A stretch of DNA of 64,000 nt from Cyanidioschyzon merolae (Eukaryota), in NCBI GenBank assembly GCA_000091205.1, contig AP006494.2. One strand, written 5' to 3'. This document shows positions 20,377 through 32,790 of the stretch, piece after piece (the first letter of the stretch is position 1; the number at the start of each line of letters is the position of its first letter). A model generated the notes under the pieces. That model did not search any database. It worked only from the letters and a program-made list of their open reading frames with translations, and had not been told where the DNA came from. The position numbers and the translations under genes are program-made.

Positions 20377-22610
20377 GCCACCACGTCGCGCTGACCTGTT
20401 CTAAAGCGCGCAGCAGCAGACGCGAGCCGGGTAGTCTGGCGGGGAAGCACTGTGAGGCCGGCTTGCTCCGGAATACACTTGCAACCGGTGGTCCAGATCG
20501 ACGACGATAACGAGTGGGTAACTGCGGAGGCCTGGTTGCATAGAGCGATCTTGCAGCGCTACGGACCGCAACACCTGCCGATATTCTGGAGGAGGTGCGA
20601 TCGCCCCCGCACGACGAACCCCGTAGCACCCAGAGGGAGTACGCACCCGCGCTACACCATGAATGCTAAAAAGGGCGGCAGGGCAGGGGCTGTCGCCCCG
20701 AACGCGTATTGCAGACAAACTAGCGCGTCACGTTCCGGTGCGTCACATGCACGCAAACTCGGGTGCCGTACGTATTCATGGTGCTCGACACGCATTCTTC
20801 CCTATGGTAGTGTCAGATTGGAATGAAACACTGAATTGGTCGTTCGGTTTCTGCCTTTCCACTTTTGGATTCGATATATAGCTTCGACATTCCAAGCGCA
20901 GGAATGCTTGCGTACTGATTTACACGGCTTTCCTGGAGTCTGGGTCGTCTTTTCAAAACGACTTGTTCGATCCCTCTCTCTATTGTTCGTTACGGAAGCT
21001 ATATCAAGATGCTTCGCCACGCTACGGACAAAGGGCTCCTAAAATAATCGTTTTCATTATCCATTCCGTGCGTCCATGGCTCCGCTGCTCTCCATGCTTT
21101 ACTTGTAGCAAGCCCAAATCCCGAACTCTTTTACGTTGCGATCTTTCCGTATCTCGTCAACTTGTGCGCGTAGCAATTCTTACCGTTGGATCGATGAGAA
21201 AGGGCCATAAAAGTAATACCCCGACACATTGTTCACGAAATCATGTCGAAACCTCACGGAACCTCACACGTCAATAGTTGATTTCGTTCGGGCGAGGAAT
21301 CGTCCTTTCTTTCCGGTCATCGATGAAATTGTATACAACAACCGTGTGATACCTCTCAAGGGATACGCTTCCGGTGACTTCTGTTTCTTATTTTTGCATG
21401 GAAATGGGTATTGGCCTCGGGCTCTTGTCCTTGCAACGATCGCTTCCAACGGCGAGACGTCTCTGCTTTGCGCGGAAGGAGTGTCGACGAATCGAAATTT
21501 CCCGGTCTCCTATCCGGCCTAGATCCTCCATCTGGTACTTGTTTCATCATGAACAGAATCGAGTTCCACAAACCCTCTGTAGAATCGAATAGCGTGCGTT
21601 TGGTCGTACAGCGAATATAACAATCGTCTTGGAGGATCGCTCAGAAGAAGCCGATGATCTTCGGGTACGAGACCTGGCCTGGAAACAGAGAATCGCATGG
21701 TGCAGAGCCTCTGGTGCCCGTCGAAGGCATCTACCGAGCGGTAAAGCAAGCGTTCACCCGCCACAGGGCAGCGTCCTGAGGCGAAGGATCGGTAGACAGA
21801 TGGGAACACTCGACAACAGCCACGAATCACTCTTCCACAGGACACATCGAGTCTGGATTAAAAGAGCGTGTAAACGCCAAGTGATCCGTAGATCGCACCT
21901 TTTGCGTGCACATGAAATGCCTTGACAAAGACCTTAAACAGCGAAAACGGGACCCCAAAGCTGCCATCAACAACCCTCGGCCGCTGACAACAGAGCTGGC
22001 GGAAGAGGAGAGACCAGCGTATTAAAAGCCGAGGCCAAGAGGGAGGAAAAGGAAGCAGCTGCATGAAAAGCTCGCAATGGCTGGCATTGATGAAAGCGGG
22101 AAAGGACCCAAACCTGCCAGTGTACACCCGAGTTAGGTTTTTGAACCCGTTCTATTGTGGTCTGAGATGGGTGTATAAACGGACCCAGAGAGTGCGAAAC
22201 CTCCACTTTAAGATTTCATACAATTCATTAACATGTCCCTGGGGAATTAGGGCTTTTACAAAAAATGACTCGGCCTGTGCAGCGCAGTCTGCAGAGTATA
22301 AAGTAACATCCTCCGCTCTTTCAGAATCGTAGTTGACCAGGCTAGCTCGCAATGAGCAACGTTTTTGCTACAACCTACTCCATAACGTGAGCAAGAACGC
22401 GCACTTCCTGGTTGGCTCCATCAATTCCCGGGAAACATCGCTATAAGGTGCGGGTACCTGTTGGCGAAAGCAAAATCTCTTGCCCTTGCACCCCAAGCAG
22501 CTCTGAAGCTTCAGGATCGCACTAGAGTTGGCGGATCTCGTCTGCGCGCAAGCCGCGGCCGAAAAGATTTGCCCAACACCGTAACACAGAGCTAAACTAT
22601 CCAGCAAACA

Positions 22611-23510
22611 ATGTTTCTGTGGGCTTCGAGCCCGTGCTTGGTAATCGGACGTGGAGCGTTCCCTCTGGGGAAGAGTCGCTCGCTGACCTGTGGAGCAAAC
22701 AGGAGGAGAGTTTCGTCCCTTGGAAGCATAGATTCTTTGGGAGCAACGCTGGGTATTGCGCTCACTAGGGAACGAGGGAAGAACTCTAAACTTGCGACGC
22801 TTGTGCGGCGCCGGCTCCCAGAAGCTCGCATATACGAGCTGCCGTGCATCGCTCATAAGGTTCGGACAGATGCAGACCGCATCGTTCAGCTGCTGGCATC
22901 CGACGCCGATTCCATAGACTGGATTCTCATAACGTCACCGACCGCGGCTGAAGTTTTCGCCCAGGTCGTCCGGTCTGCACAGGAGCGTGGACTTCAACGG
23001 CTGCCACCGATAGCGTCTGTGGGTGCAGCTACGAATACGGCGCTTTTGAAATATTCCTTGCAAGCGAACTTCATACCATCGCGTGCGATTGGTGCATGTT
23101 TAGGCGACGAGTTACCCGTTGAGAAGTTGCCCAAGGTGCGTATTCTGTATCCGACCTCTGCGAGCGCGAGCGATGAAATTGAGAAACGTCTCCGCTCGCG
23201 AGTTCCCGCGGTAGAATTCATTCGCATAGATATGTACGATACCATCGAGGCGAAATGGACAACAGAGGACATTGACACTGCACGAAACAGTGTCGACCTT
23301 GTCACATTGGCTTCGCCTTCAGCTGTAAAGGTTTGGGCCCAGCGGGTTGGAACCAAGCAGCCAGCTGTGTGCATCGGAAAGACCTCAGCAGATGCAGCGA
23401 AAGAGGTCGGATTCAGCGAGGTGTACGCACCGTCTGATCCGGGTTTAGAGGCCTGGGTGGATACGCTCGTGCGAGTATTTGAACAGAAGCGCACTGAGAC
23501 TCGAGGATAA
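22611..23510 (+). CDS. Uroporphyrinogen-III synthase (HemD/UROS), with an N-terminal extension that suggests plastid targeting
   Basis: HemD-like blocks are present: DWILITSPTAAEVF, VGAATNTALL, VRILYPTSASASDEI, VDLVTLASPSAVKVW and VCIGKTSADAAKEVGF. Confidence 0.65.
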   Translation: MFLWASSPCLVIGRGAFPLGKSRSLTCGANRRRVSSLGSIDSLGATLGIALTRERGKNSKLATLVRRRLPEARIYELPCIAHKVRTDADRIVQLLASDADSIDWILITSPTAAEVFAQVVRSAQERGLQRLPPIASVGAATNTALLKYSLQANFIPSRAIGACLGDELPVEKLPKVRILYPTSASASDEIEKRLRSRVPAVEFIRIDMYDTIEAKWTTEDIDTARNSVDLVTLASPSAVKVWAQRVGTKQPAVCIGKTSADAAKEVGFSEVYAPSDPGLEAWVDTLVRVFEQKRTETRG

Positions 23511-23799
23511 AGTTCCGCGTAGTGCGCCACGACGCCGGTCGGACTGCGAGCATCAACCGTTGGATAGCGTGCAACCTTGGCACATGAAAAGTCATGCAAG
23601 GTACGATGGATGGCGCGCACACTGACCGGTTGGCGTGTATGGTTTTCCGACGCAAGCAGATGATCTGGATGCGCGTTATTCTCAGAGCAGCGCATTCTAG
23701 AATACGTGTATAGGCACGGCCTTTTTATTTTTTTGTTCTCTACCGCGTATTCAGCAAAAGGGATGTGTTCTGCAGATTGGAGAAAGGTTGTGGAATATG

Positions 23800-24600
23800 T
23801 TTTTGAAGTCACTGCGAGATTGCGAAGAAAGACCTGACTCGTACGCGTGGACAATGCTATTTTTTAGCAGGGGGATGGACGAACTTTGTCTTTGTGTTTA
23901 TGCGGAACATCATGCGCCCAAAACAGTACGGATCAAACTATGTCGACGACAAGACGATCCTCTAGTCAATCCATCCCACTCCATGCGTTCCCTTGGAAAC
24001 ACTTCGAAAGAATCCATAGCTTCCGAAGTTTCCCTATCATTGATATGTGCTTTGATGACGAGACACCGGTGGACAAAGAAAATGCACACTTGTTTAGGAG
24101 ACCTTTGCGCGTTAAACAACACACATCGATTTCGCGCTGAAATGCGAGCACTTAGATCAAGAGGGAAGGGTGTTCGTCGCACTCGATGAGATTTCACTCG
24201 TGGAAAACTGTAGACCAGTATATGGGTACGCTAAGCGAGGCGAACGGCTGTTCGTAAAGAAGAGACAGGCGAGCAGAACAACAACATCCCGCCTAGCGGC
24301 GATTCAGTCATATGATCGCCTGCGAATCGCTGAACAGATAGGATCCTTCAGCAGCGCATACTTCGTGGACGCACGATGTGGCTCCTCCGTTCCGCATTCC
24401 TCTGCCTTGCTTGTAAACCACGTCGCATTCGATTGCTCAAATACAGCTGTGGAGTACGAAGCTGAAAGGAATATTGAGATGCTCTCCGTGTCGGCCAGTT
24501 TTCCCTGCCCAGCTCTCTTTGAGCGTATCGTCTCTGTTGCCAAAAGTCATTCGACGCGTATTGATAAATAGCAGAGTCCTTCGCGCTTCTGACACGGAAT
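23800..24600 (+). mobile_element. Decayed Tc1/mariner-IS630-like DDE transposase remnant
   Basis: The ORF 24170..24571 gives MFVALDEISLVENCRPVYGYAKRGERLFVKKRQASRTTTSRLAAIQSYD, which matches the start of the DDE domain (vvflDEsgf....ygwa.kGer...tviaAls.dG). The later stretch ...FPCPALFERI resembles the PYSPDLNPIE region. The copy is truncated and compressed and sits in an AT-rich spacer. Confidence 0.35.
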
Positions 24601-25507
24601 TTCTTCGATAAGTCGGTCTCTACGTTCATCAGCCCTGAATCCATCCGCTCCTCCTCAGCTCGTGCACGGATGAGAGCGGAAAGATGAGATTCAGGCCATG
24701 GGGGTCGCGCAATGGAGACGGTAACGAAAAGGTACTCAATGAGTAGTAGACAGACATACTGAAAAGGAATCTCGGTCAAATCATCAGTATGATGCGTCAG
24801 AATCCTGAGGGAAAATGGAATGGCGTATAGCGGCCATCTTCATGCAATCCTAGACCGTACACGAGAAGGAGAAGAGACCGCCGGACGTAGAAAAGAAAGA
24901 TCCTTCCAAAGGAAACGTGCATGTACAGTAAGTAGAACGAGTCGGAGCAGAAATACCAGTCTGGAAACTTGTCAAAGCGCTCCTAGTAAAACACGTCAAC
25001 GGGGCCAAGGTCTCAGAAACGCAACATGCAGGGCGTCATTGGGGATTGCGTCGATCCGTACTCGAGAAAGCCTCGCCTAGCTTACCTCGCCTTTAAACAG
25101 CTCGTTAAGAAACTGTTCGCACGAGTTCTGGACACAGGGCTGCCAGCTGTCCATATTACTATAAGATTTTTCAATCGAACCTTTCGCGCGACAACATAAC
25201 TGTGTCCCCGGGCATAAGATGCAGTAAGACGAGAGTGTATACTCAGTGAAGAGCACGAACGCTTTCCAATAGATTTTGACACGTCGCCGCACGACGTCGA
25301 CGACGGGAACATCGAGACAGCGCCGGCGCCAGGGAGTATCAAACGAACCGCCAAAACGAAAACCGTATGCGGGTCGCTGTCGAGCGCCTCATGATGCGCA
25401 ACCTGTGAATGAAGTACCCATACCTCACTGAACCAGAAAGATGGTGACTGATCCAACGCATTCTTCGGGCGTCTATGGAGGCAAATGACGAATAGGGCTT
25501 CGCGGGA

Positions 25508-25792
25508 GTGCATGCGTTGTTACCGAGTTCAGAAGCAACAGTTCCACGAAAACGAGGCTCTCTTCATATGGTCCAAGCTCAGGATGTTACCCTCGGCCTC
25601 GGAGCAATGCACGTCGTATTCAACGGATGGACGATACACGATGTCTTCTTTGCATGTATACTTCGCTACATGGTTTTCATGAACGCAGCCCTGCAGTGCA
25701 AAGCAGACTTCCTCATGGAACCCGAATGCCCCGCCCGTCTCGAGCTGCTTTTCGACATGGTCCCTGTACGTGGCATCAGGACCATTAGATAA
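25508..25792 (+). repeat. Member 1 of an unclassified protein-coding dispersed repeat family, homologous to 37118..37456 on the minus strand
   Basis: The translation MHVVFNGWTIHDVFFACILRYMVFMNAALQCKADFLMEPECPARLELLFDMVPV aligns with MDVTSNAWTERDEFLAFSLRYVVSLTRTLQCKAEFLLGSEHALCFQKLLLDVTPV at roughly 50% identity and the same start position. Both copies lie in AT-rich, ORF-poor spacers. Confidence 0.4.
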
Positions 25793-27403
25793 CCGTGGGC
25801 GCTTCTGTTCGGTACCAAATGGCGTCCTCAGTGAGCCGTGGCTGGTGCCTGTGAGCAAATACGAGCACTCAGCCGGTGTCAAGAAGAGCACACAGGGTGC
25901 TCGTTCAATTTTTCTGGTTTACAGGAAGGGAACACAGAGAGGTTTACAGGTTCTATGGAGACCGATGGAATATCGATCTGCATGCAATTTTGTAGAACTA
26001 TGCCCGAATCGAGCAACGAGATGCATTCTTATCCGTTTACAGTAGTTGAAAAGAGAGGCATGTAACGGGCGGAAATCTCGAATAGAAGAAATCCATGGCC
26101 GTCGTCAAAGCTTTGAATCACAAGGCTAGTGCCTGCTGCCTAAGCATAAAGCTGATGAAGCTGCTCAACTTTCCCCGAGCTGGATAGCAACAAGAACCAG
26201 GCATGATGGACTTCAGAAGGGATATCAGCGAATGAAATGTCTGGGCCAGGACGCAGCTCGACTTTCGGAGCACCGCATCAGTCGGGGAGAGATACTTTGT
26301 ACGCTTCGTTCAGAGAGAAAATGAGCGCCTGACTGGCACACAGAAACGATCTTTGATGGGCGTGCATGAGACTGCGCTGAGGTTGCAAACGGTCTCGGAT
26401 GTACAAATGCAATAAGCGTGCATTCGACAACTTGTTTGGTCAGTTGGAGACGGAAATGACCGATAAGCTGCGTCGTTTGATGGTAGCCTATGGCGCTAGA
26501 CGTGCTGTAGCGTGCGGTCGCTGTATTCCGGCGACCCCGCGACGGAAGCATACAGCGAGTGCAGGAATCGATGCTGTAGGATTCCCATCAATGCGTTGAC
26601 GGCGACATTCATGCACCACGAGCACAGGTGCACGTCGGAAAATGCCAGAGAAAAGGAAACTGCAATACAGAGCGACGCGCTAGATGGTTTCCAGAAAGCT
26701 AAGCAAAAGTCATATGGCAAGGAATAGGAAAGCGAATGGCTTGCTATGTTGTAAATCAACCTGTAACCATGCGCGCAAGAACTTTTTGCAACCAGACTCG
26801 CATGCCCTGATCAGCAACCGGTAATGTATCGTGCTTCCCAAGCGTCCAGCGGCTTTGAGTCAAGCGATTTCTCGAGAAAATGGTTTCGTACTCAGCGTAC
26901 GCATTGTGCTGAAACACTGAAGGTATCTAACCAAAAAAACCAGTTGCCAGGAGAGGAACGGAGAAAGACTTGCCTCGGGTAGTGCAGTGGTAGCGCACGG
27001 CCGGGCGATCCACCAATGCTAGAGCACCTTCTATACACAACAGCAACGATTTCTCTGGGCAATTCCTGAGCAATAATGGTGTTCCATCATTCAATACCAC
27101 TGAACGTCAACTCCTGCCACAGGCAGACCTTACTTCGAGCCATCGTGCGCCAGGTTCTATGTCGGACGAGTGCCACCTGCCCGTTTTCCAAACATTAGAT
27201 GTCACACAGAGCTGGTGCCTTGAAACCTTTTGCCAATATCCTAGGACCAAGACTTACAGGCATACGCTCGCGTCTTCCGCCAGCGACGACTGAAGGACGC
27301 GTTGCTGCATTGTGCTGCGGCAACTCGGGTTACTCCGTGAAACCAACGGTTACTCATCGAATCCCTGTCAAGTAGGTTCCACAAAAGCGATCAGCTGACG
27401 AGC

Positions 27404-27643
27404 CTAGCAAACGTGACCGCCACGGAGCGCCAGAACCAGATGAAGGACCGAGCCTCCCTCTATGTTATACTCTCTTGCGGAACGATCGTCGGCGAGCTGT
27501 TTTCCTCCAAAGATCAATCGTTGCTGCTGCGGCGGTATGCCTTCCTTTTCCTCTATGCGCTCCTTGATCCTCTGTATAGGGTCATGCGGTTCAATATCTA
27601 ACTCGACCTCCTTGCCTGTTAAAGTCTTGACTTTAACCAGCAT
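27404..27643 (-). CDS. NEDD8: NEDD8/RUB1 ubiquitin-like protein. The ORF extends upstream to 27730, but the conserved start is MLVKVKTL at 27643.
   Basis: The translation [76 protein letters not shown] followed by the tail HVC is nearly identical in pattern to NEDD8. Confidence 0.9.
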   Translation of the reverse strand: MLVKVKTLTGKEVELDIEPHDPIQRIKERIEEKEGIPPQQQRLIFGGKQLADDRSAREYNIEGGSVLHLVLALRGGHVC

Positions 27644-27932
27644 CGTTTCGCTGGGTTCGCTTCGTAGCTGGAAACAGAACAGTTTTCCAGGATATTGATG
27701 CGGTGGCCTGCACGCTGTCCCAGCCAGCATGGGGTGGTGGGGGCGTCGTCCACAGCGCGCGCCTTTTCCGCGCCATACTTCGCAACTTCATTTGGAGCTG
27801 CAAAGGTGAAAGGAGTCGCGGATTCACGCTGTACACCTTGTCACGGGTCCTTGTTTGATTGTGTCTGTTTACTGGAAGCAGAAAGAGGTCTGACGTGCGA
27901 CAGCACTCTGGAGCTGATAAAATGAATTAGCA

Positions 27933-29993
27933 ATGCGAAAGGAATTGTCAAGTTCAGCATCCTCTGACCTTGTGATGGAGGCGGCCTGCAAGTGCCACGA
28001 ACCGAGTCACCACCAAGTTCGTGGCCTCGAAAGCTCCTTTATTACTGTACCATCGCAAGCATTATTCCGTTTATTGTCGAAGAAAGAGCTAGGCAACGAA
28101 CGACGACAAACGACGATAAACGTGAAGTCTCGCTGTTACACCTTCAGCATCTTGTACGGACAGGGAGTTCGGTACGCGCATAGTGACGTACGCCAGAGAC
28201 TTTCTGTTTCTGAACGAGCGTTTCTAACTTTCAGTAACGTAACTGATAATAGATTGTTTTTAGAAGTGACTCAGCTGCATGCTAAAACGTTGCGAGCGTG
28301 TTCAGAGCATGGGATATCTCACAGGGGCAGGGTGTCGAAGCTCGCGGAATCCGATGCCCCAGTGGCGCCTGTGGAGGGGGCCGCCACCCTGGGCGATCCC
28401 GATACACACGCAGTCAGCTACGAAGACGCTTTGGTCGAATTCCGTGAAACGGGCGACTACAAGCGTCTTTGGAGAGATATTCGTGCGCTGCGAGAGGCGC
28501 AAACTCCGATTGAGAACGGCCAGCTGAATACCCTAATGATGGCATGCATTAGGCGGAAGAAGCCGGATGTTGCAATTCGCATTTTCCATGAACTGGAGCC
28601 TTTGGTTTTGGGCTCTCCGAATATCGAATGCTACACGACGCTGATTGTGGCATACGGTCGCCTTCGTCAGGCCGACAAGGCTGTCGAAATACTCAACGAG
28701 CTGCAAGCTCGGTGCCGAACATTAAACAACGAGGAGCAGAGCGACAACCTGGCATTGTGCCCGTCGCTACGCACCTATAATGCGGTAATGAATGCATGCG
28801 TGGCCGCTGGGGACGTTGACAAAGCTCATCAAGTGTTCGGGGAGATGGTTGATGCTCAGGGCATTGCACCGAATGAAGTCAGCTATAACATCCTCCTCAA
28901 GTCTCATGCGAGGCGCGGTCGCGTGGAGGCAATGCAGCTGGTACTTGACCAGATGCGTGCAGCGGGCTGCGCGCCGTCGCTTGTGACCTATACCACTTTA
29001 GTCAAAGGCTACGTGACCGCTAACAAGCTCGAAAAAGCAGAGGAAGTTTTGAACGATATATTGTACAAGAAACGCCTGGAGCCGGACAGTCACCTCTTCA
29101 ACTGTCTTCTCGAAGGCTATGTGCGAGCAAATGATTGGAAAAAGGCGCTTAAGCTCGCGGATACAATGCGACAGCATGGTACCATGCCGGATGGCTACAC
29201 CAATACGCAGCTTGTGAAGGTTTGCATACAAGCCGGCCGCTTTGATCTGGCAGAGAAAATCGTAGAACGCATGCCACGGCCGTTGCCTTTGCAAATCTAT
29301 TCGATGATGATCAGCGGTTACGGTGATAGTGGTCGCCTCTGGAGTGCCCTGCGCCTCGCGAAGGAAATGCGTAATGATGGGGTTCATGAGAACGTTCGAA
29401 CCGTTTCAGCGCAGATGAGCGCTTGTCTGCAGGCACGAGAGCCGGCGCTTGCGCTCAGCGTCTTTCTTCGAGTGATGCGCGAGGATCCGTCTTTTGTGCC
29501 CGATCAGGTCATATACACGCTGCTTATTCGAGCGAATGGTCTGCGAGCAGATGTTGACAGCGCTTATCAGATTTTTTCACTGGTGAAGACCAAGTATTAC
29601 ACTGTTCGAACCGAGGTCTATAACGCGCTCATAGAAGCAGCGATGCTTAGTGGTCGAGACGATCTCGCGCTATCGGCACTCGATGAACTTATCGAGAAGA
29701 GTCCAGGCGTGAACGAGCAGACTTTTCAAGATTTGACTTGTGTCTGTCTCGTCGACCAGCAAAAGCAGTTTCGATTCCTGTCTCAAGTATGGAATCGTTT
29801 GCGGCCTCTAGGGGCACCAATAGATGGCCGCTTCTACGCTCGCTTTCTAGAGGTTACGAGTCATGTGGGCGACCTGGAGCTGGCACGAACCCTAATCCGT
29901 GATCGTTGGGCCGGCCACTTTTTAATTAATGGTGCAACAGCACAAGAAGTGCGTTCTCTGGAAGCATATGTAGCCGGACGGGAGGCTGCTTGA
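27933..29993 (+). CDS. Pentatricopeptide repeat (PPR) protein, likely organelle-targeted
   Basis: The sequence shows tandem 35-aa helical repeats, for example TYNAVMNACVAAGDVDKAHQVFGEMVDAQGIAPNEVSYNILLKSHARRGRVEAMQLVLDQMRAAGCAPSLVTYTTLVKGY. Confidence 0.7.
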   Translation: MRKELSSSASSDLVMEAACKCHEPSHHQVRGLESSFITVPSQALFRLLSKKELGNERRQTTINVKSRCYTFSILYGQGVRYAHSDVRQRLSVSERAFLTFSNVTDNRLFLEVTQLHAKTLRACSEHGISHRGRVSKLAESDAPVAPVEGAATLGDPDTHAVSYEDALVEFRETGDYKRLWRDIRALREAQTPIENGQLNTLMMACIRRKKPDVAIRIFHELEPLVLGSPNIECYTTLIVAYGRLRQADKAVEILNELQARCRTLNNEEQSDNLALCPSLRTYNAVMNACVAAGDVDKAHQVFGEMVDAQGIAPNEVSYNILLKSHARRGRVEAMQLVLDQMRAAGCAPSLVTYTTLVKGYVTANKLEKAEEVLNDILYKKRLEPDSHLFNCLLEGYVRANDWKKALKLADTMRQHGTMPDGYTNTQLVKVCIQAGRFDLAEKIVERMPRPLPLQIYSMMISGYGDSGRLWSALRLAKEMRNDGVHENVRTVSAQMSACLQAREPALALSVFLRVMREDPSFVPDQVIYTLLIRANGLRADVDSAYQIFSLVKTKYYTVRTEVYNALIEAAMLSGRDDLALSALDELIEKSPGVNEQTFQDLTCVCLVDQQKQFRFLSQVWNRLRPLGAPIDGRFYARFLEVTSHVGDLELARTLIRDRWAGHFLINGATAQEVRSLEAYVAGREAA

Positions 29994-32790
29994 AAACCAG
30001 GAAGCCGGGCTTTGGGGGCGTTGTTGGTACCAGCACTCGAGACTAGTCTGCCTGTGCGCGCGCGTGAAGTGTCTTGCGAAAGTGTCTGTAAAGTGCCGAG
30101 GGTATTGCTGAAGCGTCGACGCGATCGCAGTTTGTGCCCTAGCTTGGGACAATGCGTGGCTCCAACGGGCGAATGACGACCCCGCACGGCATTTCGTTAC
30201 GTAGGCCCAGCAGCAAACGTTCGAGACGACTCGTTTTAAGCTTGCTGAATGTCGCTGTCTTGAAGCTTCATGCGCGAATGGATGCCCGTACTTGTCAAGA
30301 TTGGCTGCAGACAAATCGCTATTCGAAGGCGCTCGCACCGCAGGTTCTGCATACGCACCCGACATTGCTGGTGACCAAGCACAGAAGAGGACGATTGCGC
30401 GCTTATCGTGCGGAGAAGGCAAGTGATCTGCTTGGCGTTGCGTATCCTGCACGTCCCCAGAAAGCACCTCGGTTGGGGCTACAATTCTAGCGCCGCTCAT
30501 GACTTGGTCATGAGCCTCTGAAACGGTTTATTTGGAGAATAGTGATCGGTCCTGTTGGAGTCTGAGACACTCGAGGGAGCCAGCGTGGTGTGCGCTAACT
30601 TATGCCGATTCCAGTCGGTGTGCGTGCCGTCTGGAGGTGGCGATGGCCGTCTTAACGCACACAGACGAGTAAGCTTTCGCTCGGAATGAGCGTGCATCGC
30701 ACGTCGTCTCATGAGCGAGCAGGTCGGGTATCTGTGGCGCGGTTCGCAACCCCGCGCTCTGGGCTCGAATGCAGAAGGGATTCAGTGCTCTTCGAGCACG
30801 GGTGTTCATGTGATTCTAAATGGTATATCGGCAGTTACTGGGGCAGCATGCAAGCAGATATACTGGAGAGACAGCTTGCGCACGAGTGATAGAGCATCGC
30901 ATTCGGCGTCTGTACCCAGAGAAGACCGTCCAGCTTTTAACAGCCTCCGCAATTGACAGGATACCATCGAGGATCATTCCGCCTCTGACGGAAAAGTCCG
31001 TAGCATGCGGTGCTACTCCATGAGCGCACGAAACACGGATGCACCCCGTGGACAGCCTGGCCAATGAAAAGCGCTATCCAAACAGACGCATGCGTAGACC
31101 TTAGGTCAAGGATTGCCGATGGTAACCTCCATTGTTTTCGCCACATCAGCGCAACTTTGGGCACGTCGTTAGACACCGACGATTCCATATTTGCTTTTTT
31201 TCTCACAGGAACGACAAAGTTCCGCCGCAACCAGCGAAAATCATCGTTGATTCATACTCGTCTCTGTGCTCAGGAATTCATTGTTTTGGGGGGAGGGCTT
31301 CTACCATCAATGCTTTTGGCTGGCATTTTCAGCGCCTGCTGCAACGGAAACGCGACAGTCTTCTCGAGTAAACGTGGAGCCACTGGGGCGCTTGCGCCTC
31401 TGGTAGTTTTGAAAGCTGCCTAGAGCGTTTACGCTTCTAGGGATTCGCTCGCGGGCGTCTAGGGCTGCCCGACCGCCGGTCAGCGGAAGCAGGCCTCGGC
31501 AAGGCGAGGCGTTGGCTCCAGAGCTGACTCTATGCACGCCTCAGACGTGCGAACTGTGCTGAGGGATGTAGATGGGCTGCTCTTTCAGCGGCCGCCGTGG
31601 AGAGTGCTCGCGAAAATTCTTCGTCTAGAGCCCCGAAATCATCTCGTTGCCCAGAGCGTTGCCCCAATTCCGGGGGATTTTCCTGTTGCGTCGGTCGGTG
31701 CTTTTATTCTCGAGGCCATGGGGCAAAGTGGGCTCGCTCTGCTCCACGCGAGCTCGCAGCGCGTCTCCGGAACGAGCGTCGTGGCTCGAATCAGTGGCTT
31801 CAAGTGGCCGCGAGACCTCCCCGCAGCTGTAGTCGATCACGGAGTTGTGGTAGAGGTGAAGTTGGTGCGAGTGAGGGAGAGCGGGTTCGGACTTGTTCGC
31901 GCCACCATAGCAAGCAACGCTGGACACTCGCTGCATATTGGACCAACCGAGATACTGTACAAGATGCTTTAAAACAAAAGCTCCTGCTCAAGACGAATGC
32001 GACCTGTTCTGGAACAATATCTTTCTTGCACATTTGACGTCGTGTACGTAAGCCGCTTCAGACGGAGCGTCTGTGCTCACGATGGACTTGTATCCGCGTC
32101 GGGTATCCGCTGAAACCGATACGCTTTGATTTTTTCCCCAGAGAGCCATGAAGAGCTCGAATCGTATTTCATGGAATGCTGAAAATGATATGGGGCAGGA
32201 CTCTTTGATCGCTCGGAATGTACGCAGACATTCCAAAGCGGACGTCCTGATGAAATCTGCGGAGACTCAAATACTGCTTTGGAATTTACAGATGCCATGT
32301 TTATCTGCGAGTCCAGCGTCTCACGCAGCGATTCGTGCCCTAGTGAAACGCGACATTAGAGGCGGTTTCTCCGTAGGCCGTGTCAGCAAGTATCATGTCA
32401 CTAGTACAACTCGAAGCGAGGTCGCAGAGGAAACGCGTTCATTGCAACATGTGAGCGCTTCGCAGACCTGCAGGCGAGTGTGCTCAACACGATATAGTGC
32501 CCCGCCTCTCCACCTGGGCCTCTGCGAACGTAACGCGATTTCACAAGTTCCCCGAGAAGGCCAGGGGCAGTCCAGGATCGATATCCCCGACGCATGCGTT
32601 CCATACGGGTTGAAGGCGCCATGTCCCAAAGTTCTTGTCCCAAATCGTGGCGCATTCTGCTAAGCTAAGGCGAAAATGCTCACGAAATCCCTGTTGGAAG
32701 CTATTCCGCTTCACCACGACTCTGCCGACTGCAATGAACCGGAGAGTCGCATGCCACGAAAACGTATTCGCTCGGGGTTACGTTTGCGCA

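Noticed and set aside
26990-27045. tRNA-like box-A segment (gggtagtgcagtggtagcgcac) suggesting a tRNA gene or tRNA-derived SINE
   Set aside because: I could not fold an anticodon arm or T-arm and found no GGTTCGANTCC-type box B, so at most it is a short tRNA-derived fragment. No convincing tRNA genes were found anywhere in the window by eye.
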